In this document: one piece after another, positions 10,869 to 21,610 of the stretch
How the letters are laid out: each line of letters starts with the position of its first letter
Position numbering within the stretch: position 1 is the first letter of the stretch
NCBI GenBank assembly: GCA_900128395.1
Contig: LT649317.1
Location: 1-38,440 of the forward strand
Direction of reading: 5' to 3'
Origin: Stramenopiles sp. TOSAG23-2
Lineage: Eukaryota
DNA: 38,440 bases
Program-made: the position numbers and the translations under genes
The notes under the pieces: generated by a model
Databases searched by the model: none
Told to the model about the DNA's origin: nothing
The model's input: only the letters and a program-made list of their open reading frames with translations

Positions 10869-11234
10869 TCAATCGGTACCAACTGCATCTTCTAATGCTG
10901 CCATACGATGATCTAAACCTTCAATTTGTGTAACTAATGCAGCTTTTTGTGCTTTTTGTGCAATAACTTGGTTTTGCAATTGTTTATTTTGCACGACAAT
11001 AAATGCATGTTTAAATTGTAAATCTTCTTTAATTTTTTCTACATGGCCTTTTACTTTACTTTGTATTTCACCTTTAAATGTTTGAAGCTCACTAACTAAA
11101 CGTTTGTTTTCCTCGCGTAAAACTGTAATAACTTCCCCTTGTTGCCTTATTGTTTCCTCAGCAGCTTTTAAACTCACTTCACATTTTAATACCCTATCTT
11201 TCACTGTACCTTGTTGATCTCCATTTTGCGCCAT
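10869..11234 (-). CDS. Small coiled-coil hypothetical protein (121 aa)
   Basis: ATG after an A-rich leader, heptad-like pattern throughout, flanked by AT-rich non-coding DNA. Confidence 0.7.
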   Translation of the reverse strand: MAQNGDQQGTVKDRVLKCEVSLKAAEETIRQQGEVITVLREENKRLVSELQTFKGEIQSKVKGHVEKIKEDLQFKHAFIVVQNKQLQNQVIAQKAQKAALVTQIEGLDHRMAALEDAVGTD

Positions 11235-12445
11235 CTTGAGTTTTTTTTTTTTTTTGCCTCTCTTTTCTATATATATATATATATTAATTTTATTATATTT
11301 TATATACTTTTATATATACACACGTGATACTTCTCTTAGTGATAATAAATCTCTTTTGTAAAAAGGTATCCAATATATTGATGACATTCATGTGTCATTT
11401 TCTTTCCTATACATACCAGATTGCTATTTTTATAATTAATTTAACCAGAAGAAATGTGTACTAACATTGTTGTTTAATTATTTTTCAACGACTCTTTTTA
11501 AGGTTTAAGTGGGGATTTAAACTTTTCATCAAAAACACGAGGTGTGTATAGAGGCCGAATAATTAGGCGCCGCTATAGATAAACATATGCATAGATGATT
11601 TAGATTAGATGACGCTTTTATAGATTATTAAACGTAGAGAGGATCCGCTATAACCGGTTGAACGAGGCCAAACTTGGTATAAAGTAACTCAATTAAATTA
11701 CCACAGCTCTCAAAAGCCCAAGTACCACGTATTATGGAATATATCTCCTACAATGATTAATATAATTTCGTTAACAATGATAGTCGTCTATATATACTGT
11801 AATGAATAATAATGCGATTCAGCGTAAGCACATTATAGTTCCTGTTCATAAGATCAATATGTTGTATTAGACGACGACTACATGTGTCGTCTCTCTACAT
11901 TTAATCTAGTTTTAAAAGTACTGGTACACACATAAATCATAAATTCCCCCTTTTATTTTTTTTATCATCAAATTTGACTCTCACTCGGATTCAATTTCGT
12001 TGTTAAGGTATTTATTTATGGTAAGCCTGATAAGTATATTAGATCCTTCTACCTATAAGGCACCACTTCAGGATACACACAGTAAAGTAAATAAACTCGA
12101 TTCACTTGGACATCACATACCTTAAAATATGATAGATCAATCACAACATTGTCGGGGACGTATCATAAATTATTACAGCTGTAGCAGGCGAAGATGAGGG
12201 GATCGAGTATAGGCAAAACATCTGATGTACGTTGTGCTCTTCTTTTTTTTTTTTACAACTTTAACTTATACCCGGAAAATATCTATATCGATATATATCT
12301 TCCACAACACACTTTGCAAAAGATATATCATATACTAAAAAATAACATCTTTTTTATTATTATTTGTTGCTATATATAAACAATTTACATGTCTGTGTAT
12401 ATATCCTAATATTATCGAAAATATTACTGGTGAAAAAATTCGAAC

Positions 12446-13303
12446 ATGGGTAGTATTGCGAAATTTCATCGTAGACAAATTTTATCCAAAAATGCAGCAT
12501 ATAAATTTAAATATCAAGATAATTATTTACAAGAATCTATCTTTGCAGACACACGAGCAAAAAGTTATGCAAAAGAAATTGAAAAACAAAAACAACGAAA
12601 TAAAGCACAATCCTTCTATGTGGAACCATATGAAAAAGGGCCTAATACAGCAATGAGTATGAGTAATTATGGCACATTAAATGCTTCATTTTCCTCCTCC
12701 TCCTCCAATAATGTAACAAATAATAATAATAATAATGAATCAATAAGTCCAACATCCAAAAAAGATAATACTACAAGTAGTAGTAGTAGAAGAAGAAAAA
12801 AACATAATATTAAAAATCCTACATTACTTGCAAAAAAAAGAGCATTAGCATGGAAAAGAAAACAACAGAAAGAAGAACAAGAAAAAATGCAAATTCATAA
12901 TAAAAAATGGTATCATGTAGAAAATAGACCTTTACCAACTGTTGGTGATATAGAAAGTGTAAAAGCACGAGCAAAATTAGCAATTAAAAAAATTAAAGAT
13001 GAACGTGAAAGAAAAGAAAAAATGGATAAAATTAAATATAAAAAAGAACAATTTAAAAAGAAATTATTGTATAGTGAAGCACAACGTATTATATCTGATA
13101 ATGTTGGCAAATTTGAAAAAGGCTCATATATAATTAGAACAGAAGATAGACGAAAACCAAAAACAATTGAAGAGGAATTATATAAGCCAACATGGCAACC
13201 AACTGGATATTACAATGATATTGAATCAACACAAAATACGAAAAAAATGGAAGACTCATACGACAATAAACCAGGAATCTTTCGAACCTTTAGTTATCCA
13301 TAA
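12446..13303 (+). CDS. Basic lysine-rich hypothetical protein (285 aa)
   Basis: Long ORF with the same composition and poly-S/poly-N tracts as neighbouring genes. No recognisable domain. Confidence 0.7.
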   Translation: MGSIAKFHRRQILSKNAAYKFKYQDNYLQESIFADTRAKSYAKEIEKQKQRNKAQSFYVEPYEKGPNTAMSMSNYGTLNASFSSSSSNNVTNNNNNNESISPTSKKDNTTSSSSRRRKKHNIKNPTLLAKKRALAWKRKQQKEEQEKMQIHNKKWYHVENRPLPTVGDIESVKARAKLAIKKIKDERERKEKMDKIKYKKEQFKKKLLYSEAQRIISDNVGKFEKGSYIIRTEDRRKPKTIEEELYKPTWQPTGYYNDIESTQNTKKMEDSYDNKPGIFRTFSYP

Positions 13304-13675
13304 AAATGGGGAAGGTTCAAACATGTGTGTTTACATGTATATATATACAAGGAGATTCGTGTTGCGTGGTACAAGAATAATGCAAGGGAGCGTAGCAGTA
13401 CAAATTACGAGTAAATTATTTGTTTTTTATAATAATTAATACGTACCGTACACCGTACACATATATATTTGCGGTGGCGCATGAGAGCTTGCGGCGACGT
13501 CAGGAGAGCTTTATTATAGTAGGATAGCATATTATTCTTGCGATTGAGTATTGAGCATATTACTTTAACACGAGAAGTGTAAAATTATTATAACTTAGAT
13601 TTTAACCAATATTTTATATATGCATTCTAATTCGTATCAATAGCATACAAAAAATATATATATCGCCTCTCTCTT

Positions 13676-14701
13676 CTATAAATCGTCCATTCCAATTTTC
13701 ATTTTTTTCATAGGTTCATTCATTAAATTTTGTTGTTCATCACCACCACCATTTTCTTCTATCCCACTTGAAGTATTGCCATCACGTCTCTTACCAATTT
13801 TATTCATACCTGGAATCAATCCTCTAATAAAATCTAAAATATCTAAAAAAAAATTACAACAACTTTGTATTTTTCCTAAATGTGGTATTGCCTCAAAACC
13901 ACCGATGCCTAAAAGAAATTTATTATATGCAGTACGTAAAACAAAATAGATAATTATTAATGATAATATAATATGCATGAATCTAGGCCCTGTTGTACTT
14001 CGTGGACATGCATGCATCGTTGGCCAAACTACATGATAATGGCATGTTGGACTTTCATATGCAAATGCTGGTGGTTCAGAGGACAAAAAATTATTAGCAC
14101 ATACCATATGATAACTAACTGAACGCTGTCCACGCCCACCACATGGTTGTCCACCATTGTACGTCAAAACAACTCCTTTTTGTGGTTTTGCAACATCCAT
14201 AACATACCATCCCATTTTATCTAAGTCTCCAAGGTAATAACATGATTTGCCGGGCTGATTTGTTTGGAATACGGGAGAAGGCTTGCCATGTATTGCAGAT
14301 TGTGCTTTGCACGATTCAGGCAATTTCATCTTGTCAACATTTGCACACATATTCAAGGTCAAAGTGAATTTTTGTTTTTCAAAGTTGACAGTATAATCAT
14401 CCACACCTTCAGGTTTTGTTAAAGGTGATAAATCATACACCCAACCGTCAGGGGAAGTAAATACACAACCATGCGTAGTTTTACCTTTCAACGGATGTAC
14501 CAATGGTTTTCCTGGCGCGTTAGCTATTGGTGGTCCACCTGCTGCACCTGGTGCTGCTGCTGGATTACGTATTTGATTTATTCTAGTTTGTATTGGAATG
14601 GTTTGTCCAGTTATATTATAAATTAATATTGAACTTATCAACATAATAATACATAATATTTGTACTACATTATTATTATTATAAAAAGCAAAAAAAAACA
14701 T
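13676..14701 (-). CDS. ATG27 / cation-dependent mannose-6-phosphate-receptor-like type I membrane protein (MRH domain)
   Basis: N-terminal hydrophobic signal. MRH motifs YDLSPL, LTLNMC, GVVLTYNGGQPC and CHYHVVWPTMHAC. A TM helix (FMHIILSLIIIYFVL) is followed by GFEAIPH, typical of CD-MPR/ATG27 juxtamembrane tails. Confidence 0.8.
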   Translation of the reverse strand: MFFFAFYNNNNVVQILCIIMLISSILIYNITGQTIPIQTRINQIRNPAAAPGAAGGPPIANAPGKPLVHPLKGKTTHGCVFTSPDGWVYDLSPLTKPEGVDDYTVNFEKQKFTLTLNMCANVDKMKLPESCKAQSAIHGKPSPVFQTNQPGKSCYYLGDLDKMGWYVMDVAKPQKGVVLTYNGGQPCGGRGQRSVSYHMVCANNFLSSEPPAFAYESPTCHYHVVWPTMHACPRSTTGPRFMHIILSLIIIYFVLRTAYNKFLLGIGGFEAIPHLGKIQSCCNFFLDILDFIRGLIPGMNKIGKRRDGNTSSGIEENGGGDEQQNLMNEPMKKMKIGMDDL

Positions 14702-15552
14702 ATTGTGTAAGTAATATAGCTAAAATGGTATAGATTGGATGCTTTCAATGTTTATGCTATCGTAATAATGTTTATCATATACAAATGACGAATGGCTCTC
14801 TATTATTTTGATCAATCTAAATGAATTCTTACCAACAAATGAAATGTTTCTACGTTCTTGTATATTTTCATTTTTAATATCTTCAAAATAATTTCTATTA
14901 TTATTATTAATTATTATTTCTTGAGTGGATTTGGGGGGGGTCTTTTTTTTTTTGCCACGTTGCCCACAGACGACAGCAGCACAGCAGCATAATAACAGCA
15001 GTTTTTTGCGGAAAACCAAAAAACTTTACTTAAACTTATTATTGTTATTTCTGTGCATCACAGATTATAATAGCATGATATAGCATGATATATAAATATT
15101 AAAAGTGCTATATATACTTATATTCTAATAGGTACCACAAATCTAAATCTATATTAATATCTAAATCTAAATCTAAATCAAAGTTATAAATAAACAGAGA
15201 GAGTCTGAAATAAATGTTGTTTTTGTGAATTTTAAGGTTTTGTCACCTATATTTAGCATATAAATAGCATTAATGTTAACACGAAAAAAAAAAACCCACA
15301 GCAGAGCAGAGCCCGCATTTGTTTATTTTACTATATATATGCATGCAGTGCTATTTTTATATAGTTCATACCAACGAACTTTTGCAACAATATATACAAA
15401 ATACAAAATTATATATTCATGTATACCACAGTATCGATAGTACTATTAACGTATAGTATAAATTAAACATAAAAAGAACACCTGCGTATTGTTATTATAT
15501 TTACGAAAATTAACGAAACAGTTCAGCATTTACACGAATTAGCAAATGCGTT

Positions 15553-17673
15553 ATGAAAATGAACATAGCATTGCACTTATTAGTGCTTCTACTTTTTATC
15601 ATCAATAGTTGCTGCACCCATGCTGCATATAATAATGCCACAAGATGTCCCGAACTTGATGGGAAAATATATGAAAATAAATGTTACTTTGTACCAAAAA
15701 ATTTCAAAAGTAGTCAATGTGGATGTCAAGAATATTGTAATGAACATGGGAATGGTACACTAGTATGTGTAAAATCAAAAGAGCATATGACATGGATAAA
15801 TGAGAACTTTCCCGTAAAGCGGGAGGATGACGAGCATGAATTTTCAACATGGCGTTATATTGGTCTTTATAAAACCGAGCCAACAAGACAAAAAGATCCA
15901 TCAAAATTTTCACAAATTTCTATGTCTTGTGCCAATTCAAACATGTATTTAGACGGATTTGTTAATGGTGAACCAAACGATTATTTTAGTTATGAACAAT
16001 GTGTTGTCGAGAATGGCGAGGGGTGGCTAGATGTACCTTGTGACGATGTTCGTCAATGTATATGTGAAACAGATTCAATTGTAAATCCAAAATATACGGA
16101 TGAAAAAAATGGATCATGTGTTCCTGCCCCCAGATACGGTTCAATCATTCAATTTATTATTACAATATGTATAATACTTCCGATTATTGGAATAAATTAT
16201 TACTTTTGTACCACGCCAAAATCAAGTGAAAATAAGGATATTCCGATTTCATCAAATGAGATAGAAGATGGTAGTGAAAAAAATGCCATTAAACAAATTG
16301 TACCTAGAAAAATAGATACAAAGGCATTGACCGGTTTACGTGGGATTGTTGCATTGCATATTGCAATTAGCCATTATAGTGGTGGTGGTCTGGGTGTAGA
16401 TCTTTTAGGTGGTCCAAGTCTAGCCCTATTTTATATACTTTCAGGATATATCATGACAATTGGATATGCTTCAAAATTAATACACCCAGATGTAAATCAA
16501 CGGCGGCTTGCAAAACCATTGGATAAAAAACGATTTATGGTCAATAGAATTGCAAGAATATTTCCATTGTATTGGTTTACAAATGTGTGTTTTTTTTTGT
16601 ATCTGATAATATTTGGTTCTCATGAATTACTTGAAGGTGGTGGTGGGCGTATGGGTCACGCAGGTAATTTTGCGATGACAATCTTATTATTAAATATGTG
16701 GTTCATACCATTTAATCTATGGTTACCATATGGTGGTAGATTTCAACAGCCAACAAATGGTGTGACTTGGACAATTCAAACTATGTTTGTATTTTATATC
16801 ATATTTCCTTATGTTATTCCATATCTAGCTACATTAAGAAATCGTGTTAAAAATTTATCTTTAGCTGTGGAACAATTATATTATTTGCAAATGATTATTT
16901 ACATTGTTCTTGCTTTCATTGGTTCCGAAGTTTTGCACGATTTTCAATTTACATACTGGGCTGCACGAGCATATCCACCTGGTCGTATACCAGTGTTTAT
17001 GATGGGATGTGTACTAGCACTTCGTTCCATGTATGGAAATGATAATGATTCGCAAAGATTATGTTGTATCAAGTGTTGTAAAAATGATAAGAAAATGATG
17101 GACAATTATGATGGTACTCAGCAACAAAATGAAGAAGAAGAAAGAAAAAAAATGGAATACGCAGCAAAAGAAGCAGATCGAATATCGTTTTGTATTTGCA
17201 TGATTTATTTTATATCAATTTTAATTCATACAACTTTGTTAGGTCGAAATTCAATCCTTTTTCGTCTATTATTGGAACCATTAATGCCTATCAGTTTTGC
17301 AATATTAATCGTACATTTAACGAATGCAGGGGAAGGCAAAGGCATAGTAAATAAAATTTGTCGTTCTAAAAATGGACAATTTATTGGTCGTATTTCTATG
17401 AGTCTTTATCTTATTCACATGGGGATTTTTGGTTTTTTTTATGCAATAGGTGTCATCCAACTATTTCCACCATTAATATTACCTCTAGTATTGTTACTCA
17501 CTGGCGTAGTATCATATGGTGTTACAATTTGGGTTGAAGATCCATGTAGAAAAAAAATCAGGGGATTGATATCTAATAATGGTTCCATACACACTTCGCA
17601 GTCCGCTTTGTCAGCAGCACTAGAAGTTAAAGTATCGATGGAAAACACTGAAAGTTATGTAGAGAATACATGA
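15553..17673 (+). CDS. C-type lectin domain fused to an acyltransferase-3 (OafA-like) multi-pass membrane domain
   Basis: Signal peptide. CTLD (CY, C..YC...G.LV.V, YIGL, GEPND...EQCV, WLDVPC..C.CE), then a TM helix. Acyl_transf_3 motifs LTGLRG.....IAISHY, FYILSGY, RIARIFPLY, TWTI, GRISMSLYLIH, VEDP. Confidence 0.8.
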   Translation: MKMNIALHLLVLLLFIINSCCTHAAYNNATRCPELDGKIYENKCYFVPKNFKSSQCGCQEYCNEHGNGTLVCVKSKEHMTWINENFPVKREDDEHEFSTWRYIGLYKTEPTRQKDPSKFSQISMSCANSNMYLDGFVNGEPNDYFSYEQCVVENGEGWLDVPCDDVRQCICETDSIVNPKYTDEKNGSCVPAPRYGSIIQFIITICIILPIIGINYYFCTTPKSSENKDIPISSNEIEDGSEKNAIKQIVPRKIDTKALTGLRGIVALHIAISHYSGGGLGVDLLGGPSLALFYILSGYIMTIGYASKLIHPDVNQRRLAKPLDKKRFMVNRIARIFPLYWFTNVCFFLYLIIFGSHELLEGGGGRMGHAGNFAMTILLLNMWFIPFNLWLPYGGRFQQPTNGVTWTIQTMFVFYIIFPYVIPYLATLRNRVKNLSLAVEQLYYLQMIIYIVLAFIGSEVLHDFQFTYWAARAYPPGRIPVFMMGCVLALRSMYGNDNDSQRLCCIKCCKNDKKMMDNYDGTQQQNEEEERKKMEYAAKEADRISFCICMIYFISILIHTTLLGRNSILFRLLLEPLMPISFAILIVHLTNAGEGKGIVNKICRSKNGQFIGRISMSLYLIHMGIFGFFYAIGVIQLFPPLILPLVLLLTGVVSYGVTIWVEDPCRKKIRGLISNNGSIHTSQSALSAALEVKVSMENTESYVENT

Positions 17674-18229
17674 ATGAAAAAAATAAATCTAAGTTTTATT
17701 TTTTTAAATATAATATAATATTTTATAAAAAAATAAAAATTTATTTATTAAAAATATAACGTGTTACATAATCTTTTAGCTTAAAAATACCAGGTACAAC
17801 GCAAAAGTGTTTAATCCTATTTTTCCTACAGAGTTCAAGTTTCAAGTTAACAAATCTATCAACAACATCAAGAAAGCGCCCTGTAGAATCGTGTGCCATG
17901 ATCCCTCTCTGCACCTCCTCTCTGTATTCTGGTATTTTCTGTAAAAATATACTATAGAGTGTGGGATACGGAAAAGGTGCAGGTGGTAGGTGGTGGAAAT
18001 TAGAATGTTTAATTGTGATTTGATAGGCAACAACTTCTATAGACTATCGTAAATTTGTACTTGGTATTTTTCCATTACATCCACAATATATATATCCGCA
18101 TCATATATATATATATATAAGTTATTATACTTTATAATTGATTGTGATACATATAGTAACATTATTCTATGTAGACAAATTCAGAAGAAAGAAATATATA
18201 TATATATTACAAGTGTGTGTCTATAAAGG

Positions 18230-18895
18230 ATGGCAGCGAATCTATATGCAGCGCTGGAAGATAGCGATTCCGATAGCGACGATGAAGATAGTGTCTTTAG
18301 ATCCGATAAGGAAAAAATAGAGAAAAAAGCAAACAATTTATTTGCACAAACATTTATGCAAAACCAAACATTTTCATTTTCAACAGAGGCTAGTAAACAA
18401 AATTCTGTTGCCGGTTCAAAGAACCAGAAAGAATCGTCTTTGTCCTCCATGGCAAATGTATTGGATTCATTAGGTGACGATATCAAAAATATTGCGAGAA
18501 AAGAAAGAGAACACGTTGTGAAGAAAAGATGGAATTTTAATGGACTATCAAATATTGTACATGATGAAGAAAAACAACATTCGACGCAAATTAATGTAAA
18601 CGATAAGTACAATCCATTATTATCTACAACAATAAATAATCATGAAAAAAATGTAAATAATTTAATGCAAGCGATACGTAGTAATTCGAAATTTGTAAAT
18701 AATTCTAGTAAATCAACGGCTAAATCGAAAAAAAATAGTAAAATGTTTAGATCAAGAGCAGCAAATAAACGAAAAGCACGTATGTTAGCAAAAGGTGAAG
18801 CAAATGCAGATAAAAATAAACATAAAATTGGTAGAAAAAAAGGAAAGTTTGGTGTTAATAAATTACGTAGAAAAATGAAAAATGCACCTTACTAA
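18230..18895 (+). CDS. Hypothetical protein with acidic N-terminus and very basic C-terminus (possibly nucleolar or ribosome-biogenesis related)
   Basis: 221-aa ORF with NLYAALEDSDSDSDDE and a K/R-rich tail. The functional guess rests on composition only. Confidence 0.65.
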   Translation: MAANLYAALEDSDSDSDDEDSVFRSDKEKIEKKANNLFAQTFMQNQTFSFSTEASKQNSVAGSKNQKESSLSSMANVLDSLGDDIKNIARKEREHVVKKRWNFNGLSNIVHDEEKQHSTQINVNDKYNPLLSTTINNHEKNVNNLMQAIRSNSKFVNNSSKSTAKSKKNSKMFRSRAANKRKARMLAKGEANADKNKHKIGRKKGKFGVNKLRRKMKNAPY

Positions 18896-19108
18896 AAAGA
18901 AGAGGAGAGACGAGAAAGAAAATAAAAAAAAAAAGAAAGCGTTTGTGCAATCAAATAACAAATATTGCATGACATGTTTATGTATTTTATATATGTAACA
19001 CAAAATAAATCTCTCTTTCTCTCTCAAAAAAAAATCAAAAACAGTTTGAAGCAGACCACGGACAATTAATTTTGTACTCTTCCGTGCCTCTTTTTTGAGT
19101 ATTTTTTA

Positions 19109-20125
19109 CTACAATAAAACTTCTTCAGTAGCTTCCTCTTCTTCAGCTTTTTTATCTTCCTCTTCACATGTATCAGCTTGTGGCCATCTCTCTGTCATTG
19201 TAGTTACACCACCTAAGTAATCTTTTGGTAACATTGTTTTGCCACCAATCAATTGATGCATTTTTTCTATTGAAACATTTTTAAAACGTTCTGACATTTT
19301 TTTCGATAAAAACAACCTCATGATACGCATCAATGCGCTCATCCACCAAGGCGATCCAACAATAATTATACTTTTCATTTTAACTGGCAAACATCCATAA
19401 AACATTCGATTCATTTCTTTTTCAATACCACTGAAGGCATTATTCATTTTCACCATTTCACCAACTCCCATGTTATTAAAACTTTGGACAATGACAACAC
19501 CAGGATGCTGTGCTTTTTTATCAAACAAACAACATACAACCGTATACCAAAACCAACGCATCAACAGTTTATCGGTAATGCCCCATTCTTTTAAATCCCA
19601 ACCACGTCCATGTGATCCCATCGCATACGCCCAAAGGGGAGATCCACCAGCTACTTCATACTCTGGTGTGAAAGCACTCATAAATTCATTAACAACCCTG
19701 ATTTCTTTCAAATACACAGGAGTATCCCAATATTTTTCAAAATAATCATCTTGGCACTTTGCAAAACTTGTTAACCGTTTGAACGCTTTTGTGATATTAA
19801 AACATTCATTTTCAACATCTTCATCTTTTTGAGACCAATAGAGGAAGCCTCTATAAATATCATCTTTCGTTTTTCCCCTAGCCGCTGATTTTCCTAAGTG
19901 AACTGATTTAAAGTCATATATGGTATCAGTTTCATCCTCTTTTGCTGGTATCATTGCTTTCAATGCTAATAATGCATCGCCAATATCACCAAAGATAATT
20001 TTATCACCATCCTGATCCTCAACCTCCATATTATTCATAGCTTTCAATTCAGTTGTCACCGTGGCTGTCAATCTATCATCAAAACCAATTGCTTTCAATG
20101 AGTTATTCGCTGCAATTTCTGCCAT
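19109..20125 (-). CDS. CRAL-TRIO (Sec14/clavesin-like) lipid-binding protein
   Basis: CRAL-TRIO signature GCLPVKMKSIIIVGSPWWMSALMRIMRLFLSKKMSERF and LPKDYLGG. GVVIVQ strand and an N-terminal FNITKAFKRL helix. Confidence 0.85.
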   Translation of the reverse strand: MAEIAANNSLKAIGFDDRLTATVTTELKAMNNMEVEDQDGDKIIFGDIGDALLALKAMIPAKEDETDTIYDFKSVHLGKSAARGKTKDDIYRGFLYWSQKDEDVENECFNITKAFKRLTSFAKCQDDYFEKYWDTPVYLKEIRVVNEFMSAFTPEYEVAGGSPLWAYAMGSHGRGWDLKEWGITDKLLMRWFWYTVVCCLFDKKAQHPGVVIVQSFNNMGVGEMVKMNNAFSGIEKEMNRMFYGCLPVKMKSIIIVGSPWWMSALMRIMRLFLSKKMSERFKNVSIEKMHQLIGGKTMLPKDYLGGVTTMTERWPQADTCEEEDKKAEEEEATEEVLL

Positions 20126-20507
20126 ATTAATAAAAAACTTATTTTTAATTTATGTTCTCCTTTAATATTATTATTATATATACGTATATATTATATTTAT
20201 ACAAATATCCAAAGCAATATATATATATATATTATATCATTATTTTAAAATAAATCATAAGTTTGTACATTTCCCATTTTTCTTTTACCTGGCATACCTA
20301 CTTTTATTTTTTTTTATTATTATTATTAATAATAATATCAACACAAAACTACAACAAAAAAATATATTTAATAATAAAAAAAAAATATAATATCATAAAT
20401 CAAATATCGTATATATATAATACGTACAAGATACGAGTATGAATAAAAACATCTCTCTGATCATCATCATCTACATATATACTACACATGTATCTTAAAT
20501 AACATAA

Positions 20508-21365
20508 ATGAAAATAGGATTGTTACATCCTGGTGCAATGGGAAGCACCATTGGTGCGTGCCTTGTACATAATAATCATGAAGTGTTTGTTGCATTAAAT
20601 AATAGATCAAAAGATTCAATTGAAAGAGCAGAAAAACATAAATTACTAAATTGTGAAAATATTGAAAATATGTGTCATTTATGTGAGATTATCATCTGCA
20701 TTTGTCCACCCGCATTTGCAATGGATGTTTGTAATATTGTAGTGAATTGTAAGTTTAATGGATTGTATGTTGATGCAAATGCTATTAATCCAGCGACATC
20801 GATGATAATAGCAGAAAAAATTAATAATTCAGGAAGATATGTTGATGGTGGGATTATTGGCCCGCCTGCAATAGTTGCAAATACTACTCGATTATATTTA
20901 TCCGGTCCAGAAGCATTACAAGTTGCTGCGTTGTTTGAAAATACATTATGCCAGGCTATACCATTATCAAATGATAAATCTGTCGTTTCTGCATCTGCCA
21001 TGAAATTGGCATATAGTAGCTGGACGAAAGGTAGTTCTGCTTTATTATTGTCTGTATTAAGTTTTGCTAAACATCAGAGACTCGACAATGAGTTATTAAA
21101 GGAATTCAATATTAGTCAAAAATATGCTTTACTGCGATCTGAGCGATTAGGCTTTGTAGCACCAAAAGCATGGAGATTTGAAGGTGAAATGGAAGAGATT
21201 GCTGCAGCTTTTAGTTCAGCAAATTTACCATCAGGATTTCATGATAGTAGTGCTAAAATATATCGAAGATTAAAACATCTAAAAGGTGCATTGGCAACAG
21301 ATTATAAAGTAAATCAAATGACAGATATAATCATAATAAAAAAGGATGAGGATGAGGGGGAGTAA
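20508..21365 (+). CDS. NAD(P)-dependent oxidoreductase of the 6PGD/3-hydroxyisobutyrate dehydrogenase superfamily with DUF1932-type C-terminus
   Basis: MKIGLLHPGAMG Rossmann motif, YVDANAINP, YVDGGIIGPP, TRLYLSGP, ASAMKLAYSSWTKG, PKAWRFEGEMEEIA. Confidence 0.85.
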   Translation: MKIGLLHPGAMGSTIGACLVHNNHEVFVALNNRSKDSIERAEKHKLLNCENIENMCHLCEIIICICPPAFAMDVCNIVVNCKFNGLYVDANAINPATSMIIAEKINNSGRYVDGGIIGPPAIVANTTRLYLSGPEALQVAALFENTLCQAIPLSNDKSVVSASAMKLAYSSWTKGSSALLLSVLSFAKHQRLDNELLKEFNISQKYALLRSERLGFVAPKAWRFEGEMEEIAAAFSSANLPSGFHDSSAKIYRRLKHLKGALATDYKVNQMTDIIIIKKDEDEGE

Positions 21366-21380
21366 TTCGAATGTATATGT

Positions 21381-21581
21381 ATTTACCTATACTATTTCAT
21401 GATAGTAGTGCTAAAATATATTTAAAACATCTTGGGTGCGTTGGCAACAGATTATAAAGTACCTGGTAAATCAAATGACAGATACAATCATAATAAGAAC
21501 GAAGGATGGGGATGGAGTTGAAGATAAACGAGTGATGGGTGAATATAGTGAATAATTCGAAAAAGAATATATATGCATTTA
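21381..21581 (+). repeat. Decayed tandem duplicate of the 3' end and proximal 3' UTR of the dehydrogenase gene
   Basis: ATTTCATGATAGTAGTGCTAAAATATA occurs at 21236 and 21394. TTGGCAACAGATTATAAAGT and AAATCAAATGACAGATA are also shared. Indels break the frame. Confidence 0.9.
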
Positions 21582-21610
21582 TTTATATTATTACAGGTAT
21601 ATATAGTAGT

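Noticed and set aside
11300-12200. Possible tRNA or snRNA in the long intergenic region
   Set aside because: No cloverleaf, A/B boxes or recognisable snRNA motifs were found by eye, only short hairpins. tRNAscan-SE or Infernal would be needed to exclude it fully.
14720-15019. Short intergenic ORFs (209..394, 7124..7403, 14720..15019, 21488..21787, 22582..22849, 36967..37176)
   Set aside because: Low-complexity translations of AT-rich or repeat DNA, several with non-ATG starts and no recognisable motifs.
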